A stretch of 64,000 nt of DNA, from contig CAVWFS010000001.1 in assembly GCA_963754315.1 (NCBI GenBank), forward strand, positions 128,001 to 192,000, read 5' to 3'. Of the stretch, positions 31,617 to 41,587 are shown in pieces. Source of the stretch: an uncultured Candidatus Rokubacteria bacterium (GTDB taxonomy: Bacteria > Methylomirabilota > Methylomirabilia > Rokubacteriales > CSP1-6). The notes below the pieces were generated by a model. That model was given only the letters and a program-made list of their open reading frames with translations. It was not told the DNA's origin and ran no database searches. A program made the position numbers and the translations under genes. Numbering within the stretch: the first letter of the stretch is position 1; the number at the start of each line of letters is the position of its first letter.

Positions 31617-32618
31617 ATGTCAGAGCCTCTCCTCCCCACGGCGGTGGTCGGCAGCTATGCGATGCCGGCCTGGCTCGAGCGGGTGAAGAACGACTATCTC
31701 CTGCGTCGGATCAGCCGGCACGACCTGGACGAGATTCACGACATGGCGGTCAAGGCGGCCATCAAGGACCAGGAGGTGGCGGGAGTCGACGTCGTCTCCG
31801 ACGGGGAGCTGCGCCGCGACAACATGATCGATCACTTCGCCATGCGGCTGCCCGGCGTGCAGACTGATCACACCTCCAAGAAGTTCTACTACGATTTTTA
31901 CGACAGCGTGGTACGCACACGGATGCCGACGGCCGCCCTTGGGATCGTCGACGAGTTCCGATTCCTCCGGCGCTTTACCGCGCGGCGGGCCAAATTCTCG
32001 GTGACGGGACCCCACTCCCTGGTCAAGCGCATCCGCAACGAGCACTATCTCTCGGAGGAAGCCTTCGCCCTCGACATCGCCCGCATCATGAACCTCGAGC
32101 TGCGCGAGCTGGTGAAGGCGGGGGCCACCGACATCCAGATCGACGAGCCCTACTACTCGGGCTTCCCCGAGGATCTTTCCTGGGGCATCAAGGCCATCAA
32201 CACCCTGGTGGCCGGCCTCGACGCCTGGGTGGGGCTCCACATCTGCTACGGGAACCGCTACGGGAAGCCCGCCTGGGAAGGAAGCTACCGCTACCTGTTT
32301 CCGGCGGTTCTGGCCGCCCAGGTGCAGCAGCTCACATTGGAGTTCGGACGGCGCGGTGAGGATGACGTACAGCTGTTCCGGGAGTTCGATCCGCCGTTCA
32401 CCCTGGGCCTCGGTGTCATCGACGTGAAGACGCACGACGTCGAGACGCCGGCCGTCGTGGCCGAGCGCATTCGCAAGGCCCTGGAGATCGTTCCCGCCCA
32501 GCGGCTGGCCATCAATCCGGATTGTGGGCTCCTTCACCTGCCACGGGACGTGGCCTTCGGTAAGCTCTGCGCGATGGTGGAAGGTACCCGGCTGGTGCGT
32601 CTCGAGGTGGCCGGGTGA
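31617..32618 (+). CDS. Cobalamin-independent methionine synthase II family, single-barrel (core) protein
   Basis: PTAVVGSY, SDGELRR, IQIDEP, and Zn ligands LHICYGN, LEF and NPDCGL; only 333 aa. Confidence 0.88.
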   Translation: MSEPLLPTAVVGSYAMPAWLERVKNDYLLRRISRHDLDEIHDMAVKAAIKDQEVAGVDVVSDGELRRDNMIDHFAMRLPGVQTDHTSKKFYYDFYDSVVRTRMPTAALGIVDEFRFLRRFTARRAKFSVTGPHSLVKRIRNEHYLSEEAFALDIARIMNLELRELVKAGATDIQIDEPYYSGFPEDLSWGIKAINTLVAGLDAWVGLHICYGNRYGKPAWEGSYRYLFPAVLAAQVQQLTLEFGRRGEDDVQLFREFDPPFTLGLGVIDVKTHDVETPAVVAERIRKALEIVPAQRLAINPDCGLLHLPRDVAFGKLCAMVEGTRLVRLEVAG

Positions 32619-34133
32619 GCACGGCCCTCCGCGAGGCGCTGGTTACCGGGCGCTTCTGCTACGTTGTGGAGCTGGTGGCCTCTGCCCTCAAGCGGGAGGC
32701 GCAGGTGCTCGAGGTCGCCTCCGAGCTGGCCGGCCTGCCGGACGTGGTGGCCGGCAGCATTACCAGCTACGCTGGCGGCGCCATCGGCCACGACCCGATC
32801 CGGGTCGGCACCGCAGCGCGAGCACGCGGACTGGCGCCCAACGTTCATCTCACCTGCGTGAGTCAGGACCGGCGGGAGCTGCGCAAGACCCTCGAGGATC
32901 TCCACGCGCTCGGAATCGAGAATGTCTTTGCCCTCACAGGCGACTACCCGGCCTCGGCCGACTCGAGCCAGCCCGCGCCGATCTTCGATCTGGACTCCGT
33001 CCAGCTCGTGCGGCTCATCGATGAGCTTCGGCAGGCGGGGATGCCGTTCCACGTCTCGGTGGCCGTCTCGCCCTTCAAGTACCGGCAGGCGGACTGCGTC
33101 TACCAGTACGTGAAGCTCGAGAAGAAGATTGCCGCCGGCGCCGATCTGGCCATCACCCAGGTCGGATGGGATGTCGAGAAGTTTCGGGAGCTTCGACGCT
33201 ACATGGACGAGCGGCATCTCCGCACGCCCGTCCTGGGCAACGTGTACGTTCTCACCCCTCGCGCGGCCGAGCGCATGGCCACCGGCCAGCCGCCCGGGTG
33301 TTGGGTTTCCCCGGCGCTCCTCGACGTCGTGCGCGCCGAGCAGGCTTCGCCGGACCGGGGCCGTCGCGCCCGGCTCGAGCGCGCGGCCCGCACGGCAGCC
33401 GTGCTGCGCGGACTCGGGTACGCGGGGGCGTACATCGGGGGGACCCACGACGCCACCCAGGTGGCGTGGATCATCCGGCGCGCGGCCGAGCTGGCGCCAG
33501 AGTGGGAGCGGTTTGTCGACGACCTTCGCTTCGGCGACCCGGACGGGTTCTATCTGTACCCCAGGGCCGGCGGGGGCCCGGATCTCCTCCGCGCCGTGGG
33601 CGGCGCTCGAGGGAACAGCCGGGAGCCCGAATTCTCGCGCGCGGCCCACGGCGGGTCGGGTTGCTCGGCACAATTTCCCACGCCGCGCCTGGGGGCCCTG
33701 GGCCTTTGACACGCTGGGCAAGCTCTTCCCGGTGACCAGCGACACTTGGCTGCGGCGGCGGCTCGTGCGCGTGTTCGCCTGGATCGACCGCCGTCCCCGG
33801 CTGGCGCACGCAGTGGAACGCCTGGAGCTGGCCGTCAAGCGACCAGCCTTCGGCTGCCAGGCCTGCGGCAATTGTGTCCTCGGGGTCATGGAGTACGTGT
33901 GTCCGCAGACATGCCCCAAGCAGATGCGAAACGGACCGTGTGGGGGCACCCACCTCGGCCGGTGCGAGGTCGTCGATCGGCCGTGCATTTGGGTGTCGGT
34001 GTACGAGCGCGCGCAGGCGAATGACCGCCTGGAGACGCTCCGCGTGTACGTGCCGCCGCCGGATCGGGCCCTGACCGGCACCAGCTCCTGGATCAACTAC
34101 TTTCTCGAGCGCGACAGCCGTCCCGGACGATGA
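32615..34133 (+). CDS. metF: Methylenetetrahydrofolate reductase with C-terminal Cys-rich (MetV/MTHFR_C-like) domain; frame change within ~33560-33700
   Basis: HLTCVSQDR, FALTGDYP and KLEKKIAAGADLAITQVGWD. In another frame, with no own start evident: GCQACGNCVL...CPQTCPKQMRNGPCGG...CEV..PCIW...GTSSWINY. Confidence 0.75.
33560..33702. repeat. Hairpin-forming segment in the metF linker (possible small inserted element)
   Basis: 9-bp inverted ends CCCAGGGCC (33560-33568) and GGCCCTGGG (33694-33702). Internal stem of about 22 bp between 33592-33613 and 33632-33653. Confidence 0.35.
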
Positions 34134-34217
34134 CCAACACCCACCGCGCAAGATCATCGCTGCTGCGGGCCGATCGGGTTATCCAGTGACGACGGTCAAG
34201 GAAGATCGGAGGTAACC

Positions 34218-35153
34218 GTGAGCACGAACCGCGCTGTTGTCGTCGATCCTGAAGTAGCGGGCCGACTCGCCATACGTCCCGTAGCGGAACCTACCCCCAA
34301 TCGTGGGGAGGCGGTGGTGCGCGTACGCGCGATCTCGCTCAACCGAGGCGAGGTGCGGCGCTCGGGCATGGCGCCGGCGGGCTGGCGTCCGGGTTGGGAT
34401 CTGGCCGGGGTGATCGAGCGCCCCGCGCCCGCGAGCTCCGGCCCACAGGCCGGAGCTCGCGTGGTCGGGCTGCTCCAAGAGGGAGCGTGGGCCGAGCGGG
34501 TAGCGGTGCCCACCAACGCGCTCGCAGAGCTGCCTGATTCGGTGACCTTTGCCCAGGCCGCCACCTTTCCGGTGGCGGGACTCACGGCACTGCATGCCCT
34601 CTCCAAGGGTGGCCCGCTCCTTGGCCGCCGCGTGCTGGTGACCGGCGCCACGGGCGGCGTCGGCGATTTCGCGGTTCAGCTGGCACGGCTGGCTGGGGCC
34701 GAGGTGACGGCTAGCGCGCGGCGGGCAGATCAGGGAGGGGCTCTGCGCCGGCTCGGCGCCCATGAGGTTATTGTGGGCGACGAGATTCCACCGGAGCCCA
34801 AGTACGATCTCATTGTCGAGTCGGTCGGTGGCCGCACCCTCGGCACCGCCCTCGCCGCGCTCCAGCGCGCAGGGGTCTGCGTCACCTTGGGCGTCTCCGC
34901 CGCCGCCGAGGTCACCTTCGATGCGCGACAGTTCTTCGCTGCCGGCCGTTCCACGTTGTATGGCCTCTATCTCTTCACGGAACTCGGTAGTGAACCGGCG
35001 GCCGTCGGCCTCCGGCGGCTGGCCGAGCTGGTGGCCACTGGGAAGCTGACACCGCACGTCAGCGTGGAGCTACCCTGGAAGGACATCGGTCAGGTCGCCC
35101 AGGACCTGATGGCCCGGAGGTTTCCGGGCAAGGCCGTCCTCATCCTCGACTGA
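34218..35153 (+). CDS. MDR-family (quinone oxidoreductase-like) dehydrogenase
   Basis: AISLNRGE, GWDLAGVI, PVAGLTA, VLVTGATGGVG and GKAVL; RBS GGAGGT. Confidence 0.9.
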   Translation: MSTNRAVVVDPEVAGRLAIRPVAEPTPNRGEAVVRVRAISLNRGEVRRSGMAPAGWRPGWDLAGVIERPAPASSGPQAGARVVGLLQEGAWAERVAVPTNALAELPDSVTFAQAATFPVAGLTALHALSKGGPLLGRRVLVTGATGGVGDFAVQLARLAGAEVTASARRADQGGALRRLGAHEVIVGDEIPPEPKYDLIVESVGGRTLGTALAALQRAGVCVTLGVSAAAEVTFDARQFFAAGRSTLYGLYLFTELGSEPAAVGLRRLAELVATGKLTPHVSVELPWKDIGQVAQDLMARRFPGKAVLILD

Positions 35154-35159
35154 TCATGT

Positions 35160-35196
35160 TGGGGGGGGCGGCCCCCCAAGCCCCCCGCACGCTCGG
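35160..35196 (+). repeat. Palindromic REP-like intergenic repeat, copy 3 (degenerate)
   Basis: TGGGGGGGGCGGCCCCCCAAGCCCCCCGCACGCTCG shares GGCCCCCCAAGCCCCCCG..ACGCTCG with copy 1. Confidence 0.7.
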
Positions 35197-35215
35197 AGTG
35201 CCTAGGGGCGACGAA

Positions 35216-36602
35216 TTACAGGCCGACGGCCTCGGCCACGAGCCGCGCCAGCTCGGCGCGCAGTTCCTGGGCGACACTCGCGTAACGCGCGTCGGCAATC
35301 ACGTTCGTGAGCTCGTAGGGGTCATGCTCGAGGTCGTACAGCTCATCGACTCCATCGCGGTTCACCCAGTGGATGAGCTTGTGGCGCTCGGAGCGCACCG
35401 CCTTGTAGCTCATGCCGACCAGCCACGACATCGCGTTCTCGGTGAAGTACTCGATCAGGAACGAGCGCCGCCAGCCCGAGGGACGCCCCTTGAGGAGCGG
35501 CAGCAGCGAGCGGCCCTGAACCCGCGCCGCCGGCTTGCCACCGGCAAGCTCCACCATGGTGGGGGCGATATCGAGGGCGAGCACCAGCTCGCTCACGGTG
35601 GCACCGGCGTTCGCCAGGGCCGGATAGCGTAGGACGAACGGCGAGCGGATACCTTCCTCATAGGCGAAGCGGCGCTCGGGCCCGAGGGCGTGCTCGCCGA
35701 AGAAGTACCCGTTGTCGCCCAGGAAGAGGATGAACGTCCGGTCGAGTTGACCGGTACGCTCGAGGGCGTCGAAGATCATCCCGACTCCTTCGTCGACCGA
35801 CGCCATCATGGCCGCCCGTAGACGGATCTCCTCTTGCGTTCCGGCGTGAATGGCGCGTAGCACGCGCTTGGGCCGACTCGACGGCCCGCAGGCGAAAGGC
35901 CTCCGCCCAGGCCGGCTTGTTCTTGACCACCTCGTCGGCCGCGAGCATGTTCGGTTTTGGCGGGAACTGACAACCCCGATAGAGATCAACATGGCGGGGA
36001 GCGGGCTTGTACCCGTAGTCCTTTCGGGTCAGATCGAGCGTGCCATCGGCCGCCTGGTACGCGTCGGGATGCACCGCCTTGTGGGCGAAGAATAGTGCCC
36101 AGGGGCGCCGGTGAGGGGATTCGATGAAGGCGACGGCACGTTCGTTCAGCAGGTCCGTGATGTAGCCCGCTGCCTGCCTGTCCTGGCCGTTTTCGTTCAA
36201 CTCGGGATCGAACAGACTGCCGTGACCCTTGAAGCTCACCCACAGGTCGTATCCGGGCCGCGGTCTGGCGTCGTTGCCCATGTGCCACTTGCCGATGTGG
36301 GCGGTCTCGTAGCCGAGGGCTTGTAGCTCACGGTGGTAGTTCGGCAGGTGATGGCTGAGCGCATCGCGTGCGACGTTGTCGATGATGCCGTGCCGGCTCG
36401 CGTACTGGCCGGTGAGGATCGACGCGCGATTCGGTGAGCATAGGGGCGTGGTGTGAAAGGCGTTGAGGCACTGCACGCCGTCCCGGGCCAGGCGATCGAT
36501 ATTGGGTGTCTGCATGTACGGGTGACCGCCGGCTCCGAACTCGTCGACGCGGAGATCGTCGATGAGAATGACCAGGATGTTGGGGCGCGCGGACTCAGGC
36601 AT
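35216..36602 (-). CDS. Sulfatase (formylglycine-dependent family; frameshift at ~35871)
   Basis: PNILVILIDD, CSPNRASILTG (CxPxR) and GKWHMG; the second frame has SVDEGVG, GDNG, YEEGIRSPF and ELYDLEHDPYE. Confidence 0.88.
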
Positions 36603-36663
36603 GAATGCGGGCAAGGTAGCTATCCTTCGCTTCCCCGTCAAGGTGCCTTCGTTGCTACCGCTC

Positions 36664-36692
36664 TTGACAACGTGGGAGGGGCCATCTGTAAT
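36664..36692 (+). promoter_or_regulatory. Possible sigma70 promoter of the ABC transporter operon
   Basis: TTGACA (36664-36669), 17 nt spacer, TGTAAT; the -10 match is imperfect. Confidence 0.4.
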
Positions 36693-36737
36693 ACGCCGCG
36701 CAGCCGATTCCGACCGAGGATATCTGGGGAGGATGCC

Positions 36738-38057
36738 ATGTCCCTTCGTACGTTACGGCGTCTGGCCGCTCTGGTGATGGTGGTGACCTTGGTGGCGGGG
36801 GCCGGGCTAGCCCCGGAGTCGCTCGCCCAGGGCAAGAAGCTCAAGATTGGCGTCATCTACGACTACACGGGACCGCTGGCGGGCGGCGGATCTGATCTGC
36901 ACGCGCTGGGCGCCAAGATCATGATCGATCATTTCATCAAGAAGGGTGGGGTGGAAGGCTACCAGATCGAGGCGCTCTACGTCGACGCCCAGAGCAAGCC
37001 CGAGATCGCCATCAACGAGGCGGTGCGGTTGATCGAGCAGGAGAAGGTCGATATGCTGCTCGGGTTCTATTCCTCGGCTCAGTGCGTGCCGGCTGCCGCC
37101 CGCGTGGAGCAGCTCAAGAAGTTCATGTGGATCACCACGTGCATCTCCTCGGCCGTGCTTGAGAACCGCAATCTGAAGTACGTGTTCAGGTCGCAGCCGA
37201 GTGGCCGCCAGTTCGGATTGATGTCGGCCGACTTCATCGCCCAGAACGCCAAGGCCAAGCTGGGGAAGGAACCCAAGGATCTTAGGGTGGCCATCATCCA
37301 CGAGGACGGCGCCTACGGGGTGGATGTATCCAAGGGCAACGAGGAAGGCGCCAAGAAGGCCGGCTTCAACATCGTGCTGAAGGAAGGCTACGCGGCCACC
37401 GCCCCCGATCTATCGCCCCTGGTGACCAAGCTCAAGCGTGGCCGGCCCGACGTCATCTTCCACACGGGCTACAACCCCGACATCAGCCTGTTCCTGCGTC
37501 AAGCCCGCGAGCAGGGGCTGCGCTTCAGCGCCCTCATCGGGCACGGGGCGGGCTACGGGGTGTACGACAAACTGAAGGAGTCGCTCGGCAAGGACGTGCA
37601 TTACATCTTCAACGTCGATCCGATTTCGATCTGGCAGACCAACGAAAAGGCTCTCAAGCCCGAGCTCCCCCCCATGATCAAGATGGTCGGCGACGAGTAC
37701 GAAAAGGCGCGGCCGGGGACGGTGGTCAAATCGGCCCACGTCGGGATGTCGGCCAGCAATACCTATGTGTTCATGACCGAGGTTCTGCCGCGTGCCATCA
37801 AGAAGCACGGCGGCATCGACGCCGAGGCGCTGCGCAAGGCCGCCCTCGAGGTCAATCTGCCGGAGGGGGGCACCATGCTGGGCTTCGGCGTCAAGTTCGC
37901 TGGCGAGGGCTCGCCCATGGCCGGTCAGAACGAGCGCGCGTTCCCTGTGATCGTGCAGTATGTCGACGATCAGGCGAACATCGTGTGGCCGAAGAGCCTG
38001 CAACGCCGGGAGCCGGTTCTGCCTCTACCGTCCTCGTCGCCGTACGCGGCGAATTGA
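36738..38057 (+). CDS. Branched-chain amino acid-type ABC transporter substrate-binding protein
   Basis: Signal peptide, KIGVIYDYTGPLA, DAQSKP and HEDGAYG; RBS GGAGG. Confidence 0.9.
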   Translation: MSLRTLRRLAALVMVVTLVAGAGLAPESLAQGKKLKIGVIYDYTGPLAGGGSDLHALGAKIMIDHFIKKGGVEGYQIEALYVDAQSKPEIAINEAVRLIEQEKVDMLLGFYSSAQCVPAAARVEQLKKFMWITTCISSAVLENRNLKYVFRSQPSGRQFGLMSADFIAQNAKAKLGKEPKDLRVAIIHEDGAYGVDVSKGNEEGAKKAGFNIVLKEGYAATAPDLSPLVTKLKRGRPDVIFHTGYNPDISLFLRQAREQGLRFSALIGHGAGYGVYDKLKESLGKDVHYIFNVDPISIWQTNEKALKPELPPMIKMVGDEYEKARPGTVVKSAHVGMSASNTYVFMTEVLPRAIKKHGGIDAEALRKAALEVNLPEGGTMLGFGVKFAGEGSPMAGQNERAFPVIVQYVDDQANIVWPKSLQRREPVLPLPSSSPYAAN

Positions 38058-38136
38058 CGAGCCAGCGCGCGGGAGCGGCCACGGCCACGGACGCTCCCGC
38101 GCCGGCAAGCTGGCGCCACGTGCCCCCTCACGTTCA

Positions 38137-38901
38137 ATGACAGGAATGCTCGTCGTCGAGCGGCTGACCAAACGCTTCGGCGGCTTCACCGCGGTCAACC
38201 AGGTGTCGTTCGAAGTGACACCGGGCGAGATCCTCGGTCTCATTGGCCCCAACGGGTCGGGCAAGAGCACCATCTTCAACTTGCTCTCCGGAGCCCTGGT
38301 CCCGAATGAAGGATCGATTCGCTTCGAGGGACGGGAGATCGCGGGGCACGCGCCGTATCGCATCATCAATCTCGGCATCGGCCGCACCTTCCAGATTCCC
38401 CGGCCGTTCCGGCGACTGTCCATTCTGGAAAACGTGGCGCTGGCCGGCTTCTTCGGGCAGGGCCGGGTCTCGCGAGCCCAGGCCTTCGCGACGGCAGAGC
38501 GGGCACTCGGCCTGGTGGGCCTTCCCCTCGATCGTGCCGCGACCGTGGATGGGCTGGGAGCGGCCGCTCTGAAAAAGCTCGAACTAGCCAAGGCGCTGGC
38601 CACCGGACCCAAACTGTTGCTGGCCGATGAGAGCTTGAGCGGACTCGACGAGCAGGAGATGGACCAGGCCGCCGACATGTTACGCCGGATCTGCCGGGAG
38701 CTCGGTATCACCATCATCTGGGTCGAGCACATCATGGGGGTCCTGATGCGGGTGGTCGATCGGGTCATGGTCCTCGATCATGGCGAGAAGATCGCTGAAG
38801 GTCTACCCGCACAGGTCGCCGCCGATCCCCGCGTGATCGAGGTCTACCTCGGTACCGACGCAGCAGCCGTCCATCGAGTGGCGGCGGCTGCTCGCACTTG
38901 A
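38137..38901 (+). CDS. ABC transporter ATP-binding protein (LivG-like)
   Basis: GPNGSGKST, RTFQIPRPF, WVEH and DPRVIEVYLG. Confidence 0.9.
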   Translation: MTGMLVVERLTKRFGGFTAVNQVSFEVTPGEILGLIGPNGSGKSTIFNLLSGALVPNEGSIRFEGREIAGHAPYRIINLGIGRTFQIPRPFRRLSILENVALAGFFGQGRVSRAQAFATAERALGLVGLPLDRAATVDGLGAAALKKLELAKALATGPKLLLADESLSGLDEQEMDQAADMLRRICRELGITIIWVEHIMGVLMRVVDRVMVLDHGEKIAEGLPAQVAADPRVIEVYLGTDAAAVHRVAAAART

Positions 38902-38944
38902 GCGGGCGCGGCGGCATGCTCTCAGTCCATCGTGGGTTGGCGGG

Positions 38945-39655
38945 TTGTCCATGCTCGAGCTGAAGGGAGTCCGCGCCGGCTACGGAGGTTTCCAGGCCCT
39001 CTTCGACGTTTCGCTCGAGGTGCGTCGCGGGGAGGCGGTCGGCGTGATCGGCCCCAACGGAGCCGGCAAGACGACCCTCATGCGGGTGATCTCGGGGTTG
39101 ATCCGGCCCACTGCGGGCTCGATCGTCCTGGATGGCATCGACCTGGTCGCGACACCCGCCCACCGGATCGTGGAGAGAGGGATCGCCCACGTTCCCGAGA
39201 ACCGGCGCCTGTTCCCGCGGATGAGCGTGGAGGACAACCTCAAGATGGGCGGGTTCACGCCGGCCGCGCGTGGCAAGTTCGCGGAGCGTCTGCAGGTCGT
39301 CTACGCACTATTTCCGAGGCTGCGCGAACGTCGTCGCCAGCTGGCGGGCACCATGTCCGGCGGTGAACAGCAGATGTGCGCGATCGGGCGCGCGTTGATG
39401 TCCGATCCCCAGCTGCTCCTCCTGGACGAACCCTCGGCCGGCCTGGCGCCCGTGATCGTGCAGCACCTGTTCGAGCTGGTGAAGCAGATCCGTGCCGGCG
39501 GCCTCACCGTGCTCATCGTCGAACAGAACGTACAGCAGGTGCTGCGGGTGGTCGACCGGGCTTATGTCCTCAAGGCGGGTAGCCTCCGGGCCGCCGGCAG
39601 CGCCAGCGAGCTACTGGGCAGTGACACTATCCGAGAAGCCTATCTCGGCGTCTGA
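38945..39655 (+). CDS. ABC transporter ATP-binding protein (LivF-like)
   Basis: GPNGAGKTT, MSGGEQQM, LLDEPSAGLAP and EAYLG. Confidence 0.92.
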   Translation: MSMLELKGVRAGYGGFQALFDVSLEVRRGEAVGVIGPNGAGKTTLMRVISGLIRPTAGSIVLDGIDLVATPAHRIVERGIAHVPENRRLFPRMSVEDNLKMGGFTPAARGKFAERLQVVYALFPRLRERRRQLAGTMSGGEQQMCAIGRALMSDPQLLLLDEPSAGLAPVIVQHLFELVKQIRAGGLTVLIVEQNVQQVLRVVDRAYVLKAGSLRAAGSASELLGSDTIREAYLGV

Positions 39656-39676
39656 GCTCTGGGGAGCGCATCAGCC

Positions 39677-40546
39677 ATGGGTTTCCTCGACATCTTCCTC
39701 CTTGAAGCGCTGATCAACGGCGTCCTGCTGGGCGGCGTCCTCGCCCTCCTTTCGCTCGGACTCAACCTGATCTTCGGCGTCATCGACGTCGTCTGGATCT
39801 GCTACGCGGAGCTGATCATGCTTGGCATGTACGGGATGTACTTTCTGTACACCGTCTACGGAGCGCCCATCGTCCTCGCCGGCCTGGTGTGCCTGGCCGG
39901 GGTGGGCATTCTGGGGGTCATCCTGCACGTTCTGGTCATCGCGCCCCTCCTGGGCGCGGCCCCGATCAATCAACTCCTGGCGACGGGTGGCGTGCTGTTC
40001 TTTCTGCAATCGGCCGCCACGATCATGTTCGGTATCGAGTTCCGCAACCTGGGCCTTCGCCTGCCCGTCTTGAAACTCTCCGGAATGTTCATCAGCTACT
40101 CGCGCCTGCTGGCCTTCGCCACGGCCCTTGTCGGCATAGTCCTCGTGTATCTGTTCCTGACCCGAACCTATACAGGCGCGGCCATCCGGGCCATCGCTCA
40201 GGACCGCCAGATCATGGTGCTGATGGGCGTCGACAGCCGCCGCATCTACGTGATCACGTCGGCCCTGGGGGGCGCGCTGGCCGGCCTGGCCGCCTGTCTG
40301 CTCGTGCTCCAGTACGACGTCCATCCCTTCGTCGGCCTGTCGTTCGGGCCGATCATCTTCCTGATCTGCGTGCTGGGGGGCCTCGGTAACTTCGCAGGCG
40401 GGTTCGTGGCCGCCTTCGTATTCGCCGAGATCATCTCCCTCGGAGGGCTGTATCTCGACCTCGAGTGGGGCTACGTGTTCGCCTTCGCCTTCTTCATCGT
40501 GATGATGTTCGTACGGCCACAGGGGCTGATGGCCAAGCGATCATGA
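39677..40546 (+). CDS. ABC transporter permease (LivH-like)
   Basis: LGLNLIFGV, GAAIRAIAQD and VLGGLGN. Confidence 0.9.
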   Translation: MGFLDIFLLEALINGVLLGGVLALLSLGLNLIFGVIDVVWICYAELIMLGMYGMYFLYTVYGAPIVLAGLVCLAGVGILGVILHVLVIAPLLGAAPINQLLATGGVLFFLQSAATIMFGIEFRNLGLRLPVLKLSGMFISYSRLLAFATALVGIVLVYLFLTRTYTGAAIRAIAQDRQIMVLMGVDSRRIYVITSALGGALAGLAACLLVLQYDVHPFVGLSFGPIIFLICVLGGLGNFAGGFVAAFVFAEIISLGGLYLDLEWGYVFAFAFFIVMMFVRPQGLMAKRS

Positions 40547-41529
40547 CCCGTGCCTGGCCCTGGGTGATCGGCCTGGCCCTGGTGGCGCTCCCCTTCGCCT
40601 ACCGCTCGCCCTATCCCCTGCACATCATGGTCATCATCCTGATCTGGTCGTTTGCCTACACGTCCTGGTCGGTCATGGGTCGGTTCGGTCTGGTGTCGCT
40701 GGGCCACGGCGGGTTCATGGGGATCGGCGCCTACGTGACGGCTCTCTTGTGGAACCACGGCGGCGTCAGCCCCTGGCTCGGGATCCCGCTGGCCCTGCTT
40801 GCCAGCGGGATTCTGGCCGTGCTGGTGGCGTATCCCTGCTTCCGCTTTCGCATCACTGGCCACTACTTCGCCCTGGTGACGCTGGCCTTGAGCGGCATCG
40901 TCTTGCAAGTCATCACGGCCACGCGCGACTTCACCGGTGGCTCGCTCGGGTACACGCCCGAGCGATATCAGGGCGGCAGCTCGCTCTACGCGCTCCAGTT
41001 CAGCGACAAGACGACCTGGTATCTGATCGCCCTCGCCGTGTGGGCGGGGGGACTCTACGTGTGGTACCGCGTCGACCGCAGCATGATGCGCTACGCGCTG
41101 GAGGCGATCTCCGAGGACGAAGACGCAGCGGCGGCGGCCGGCGTGCACGTGACCGCGGAGAAGCTCAAGATCACCGTGGTGAGCGCCATGATGACCGCAC
41201 TGGCAGGCGCGCTCTACTGCCAGTACCAGATGTTCATCTCACCCGACACGGTGAGCGGTATCTCGATCTCGCTGCAGATGGTGTTCGCGGTGGTGGTCGG
41301 TGGAGTCTACGTGTCGCTCGGACCGACGGTGGGGGCGGTGATCACCATCCTGCTGGCCGAAGTGCTGCGCATCTCCTTCGGGACTCGGGCCGTGGGCTGG
41401 GACAACCTCGTGTACGGCATCCTGCTCGTGCTGTTCATCATCTTCTTGCCCCAGGGCATCCTGGGTAGCCTGCTCGACTTGGGCCGGCGCCGAGCGCCGT
41501 CCCTTCTTCGCCGCGCCGGCAGCGGCTGA
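40543..41529 (+). CDS. ABC transporter permease (LivM-like)
   Basis: SLGHGGFMGIGAY, GHYFALVTLA, AISEDEDAA and FLPQGI. Confidence 0.9.
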   Translation: MTRAWPWVIGLALVALPFAYRSPYPLHIMVIILIWSFAYTSWSVMGRFGLVSLGHGGFMGIGAYVTALLWNHGGVSPWLGIPLALLASGILAVLVAYPCFRFRITGHYFALVTLALSGIVLQVITATRDFTGGSLGYTPERYQGGSSLYALQFSDKTTWYLIALAVWAGGLYVWYRVDRSMMRYALEAISEDEDAAAAAGVHVTAEKLKITVVSAMMTALAGALYCQYQMFISPDTVSGISISLQMVFAVVVGGVYVSLGPTVGAVITILLAEVLRISFGTRAVGWDNLVYGILLVLFIIFLPQGILGSLLDLGRRRAPSLLRRAGSG

Positions 41530-41587
41530 CCCCACGCGTGTAGACTCGGCACGATCGTACTGCTCGCTCCGGAGGCTGTTGCCGACC

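Noticed and set aside
23706..35196. CRISPR array or IS ends
   Set aside because: The repeats are kilobases apart, not regularly spaced, and no cas or transposase gene was seen.
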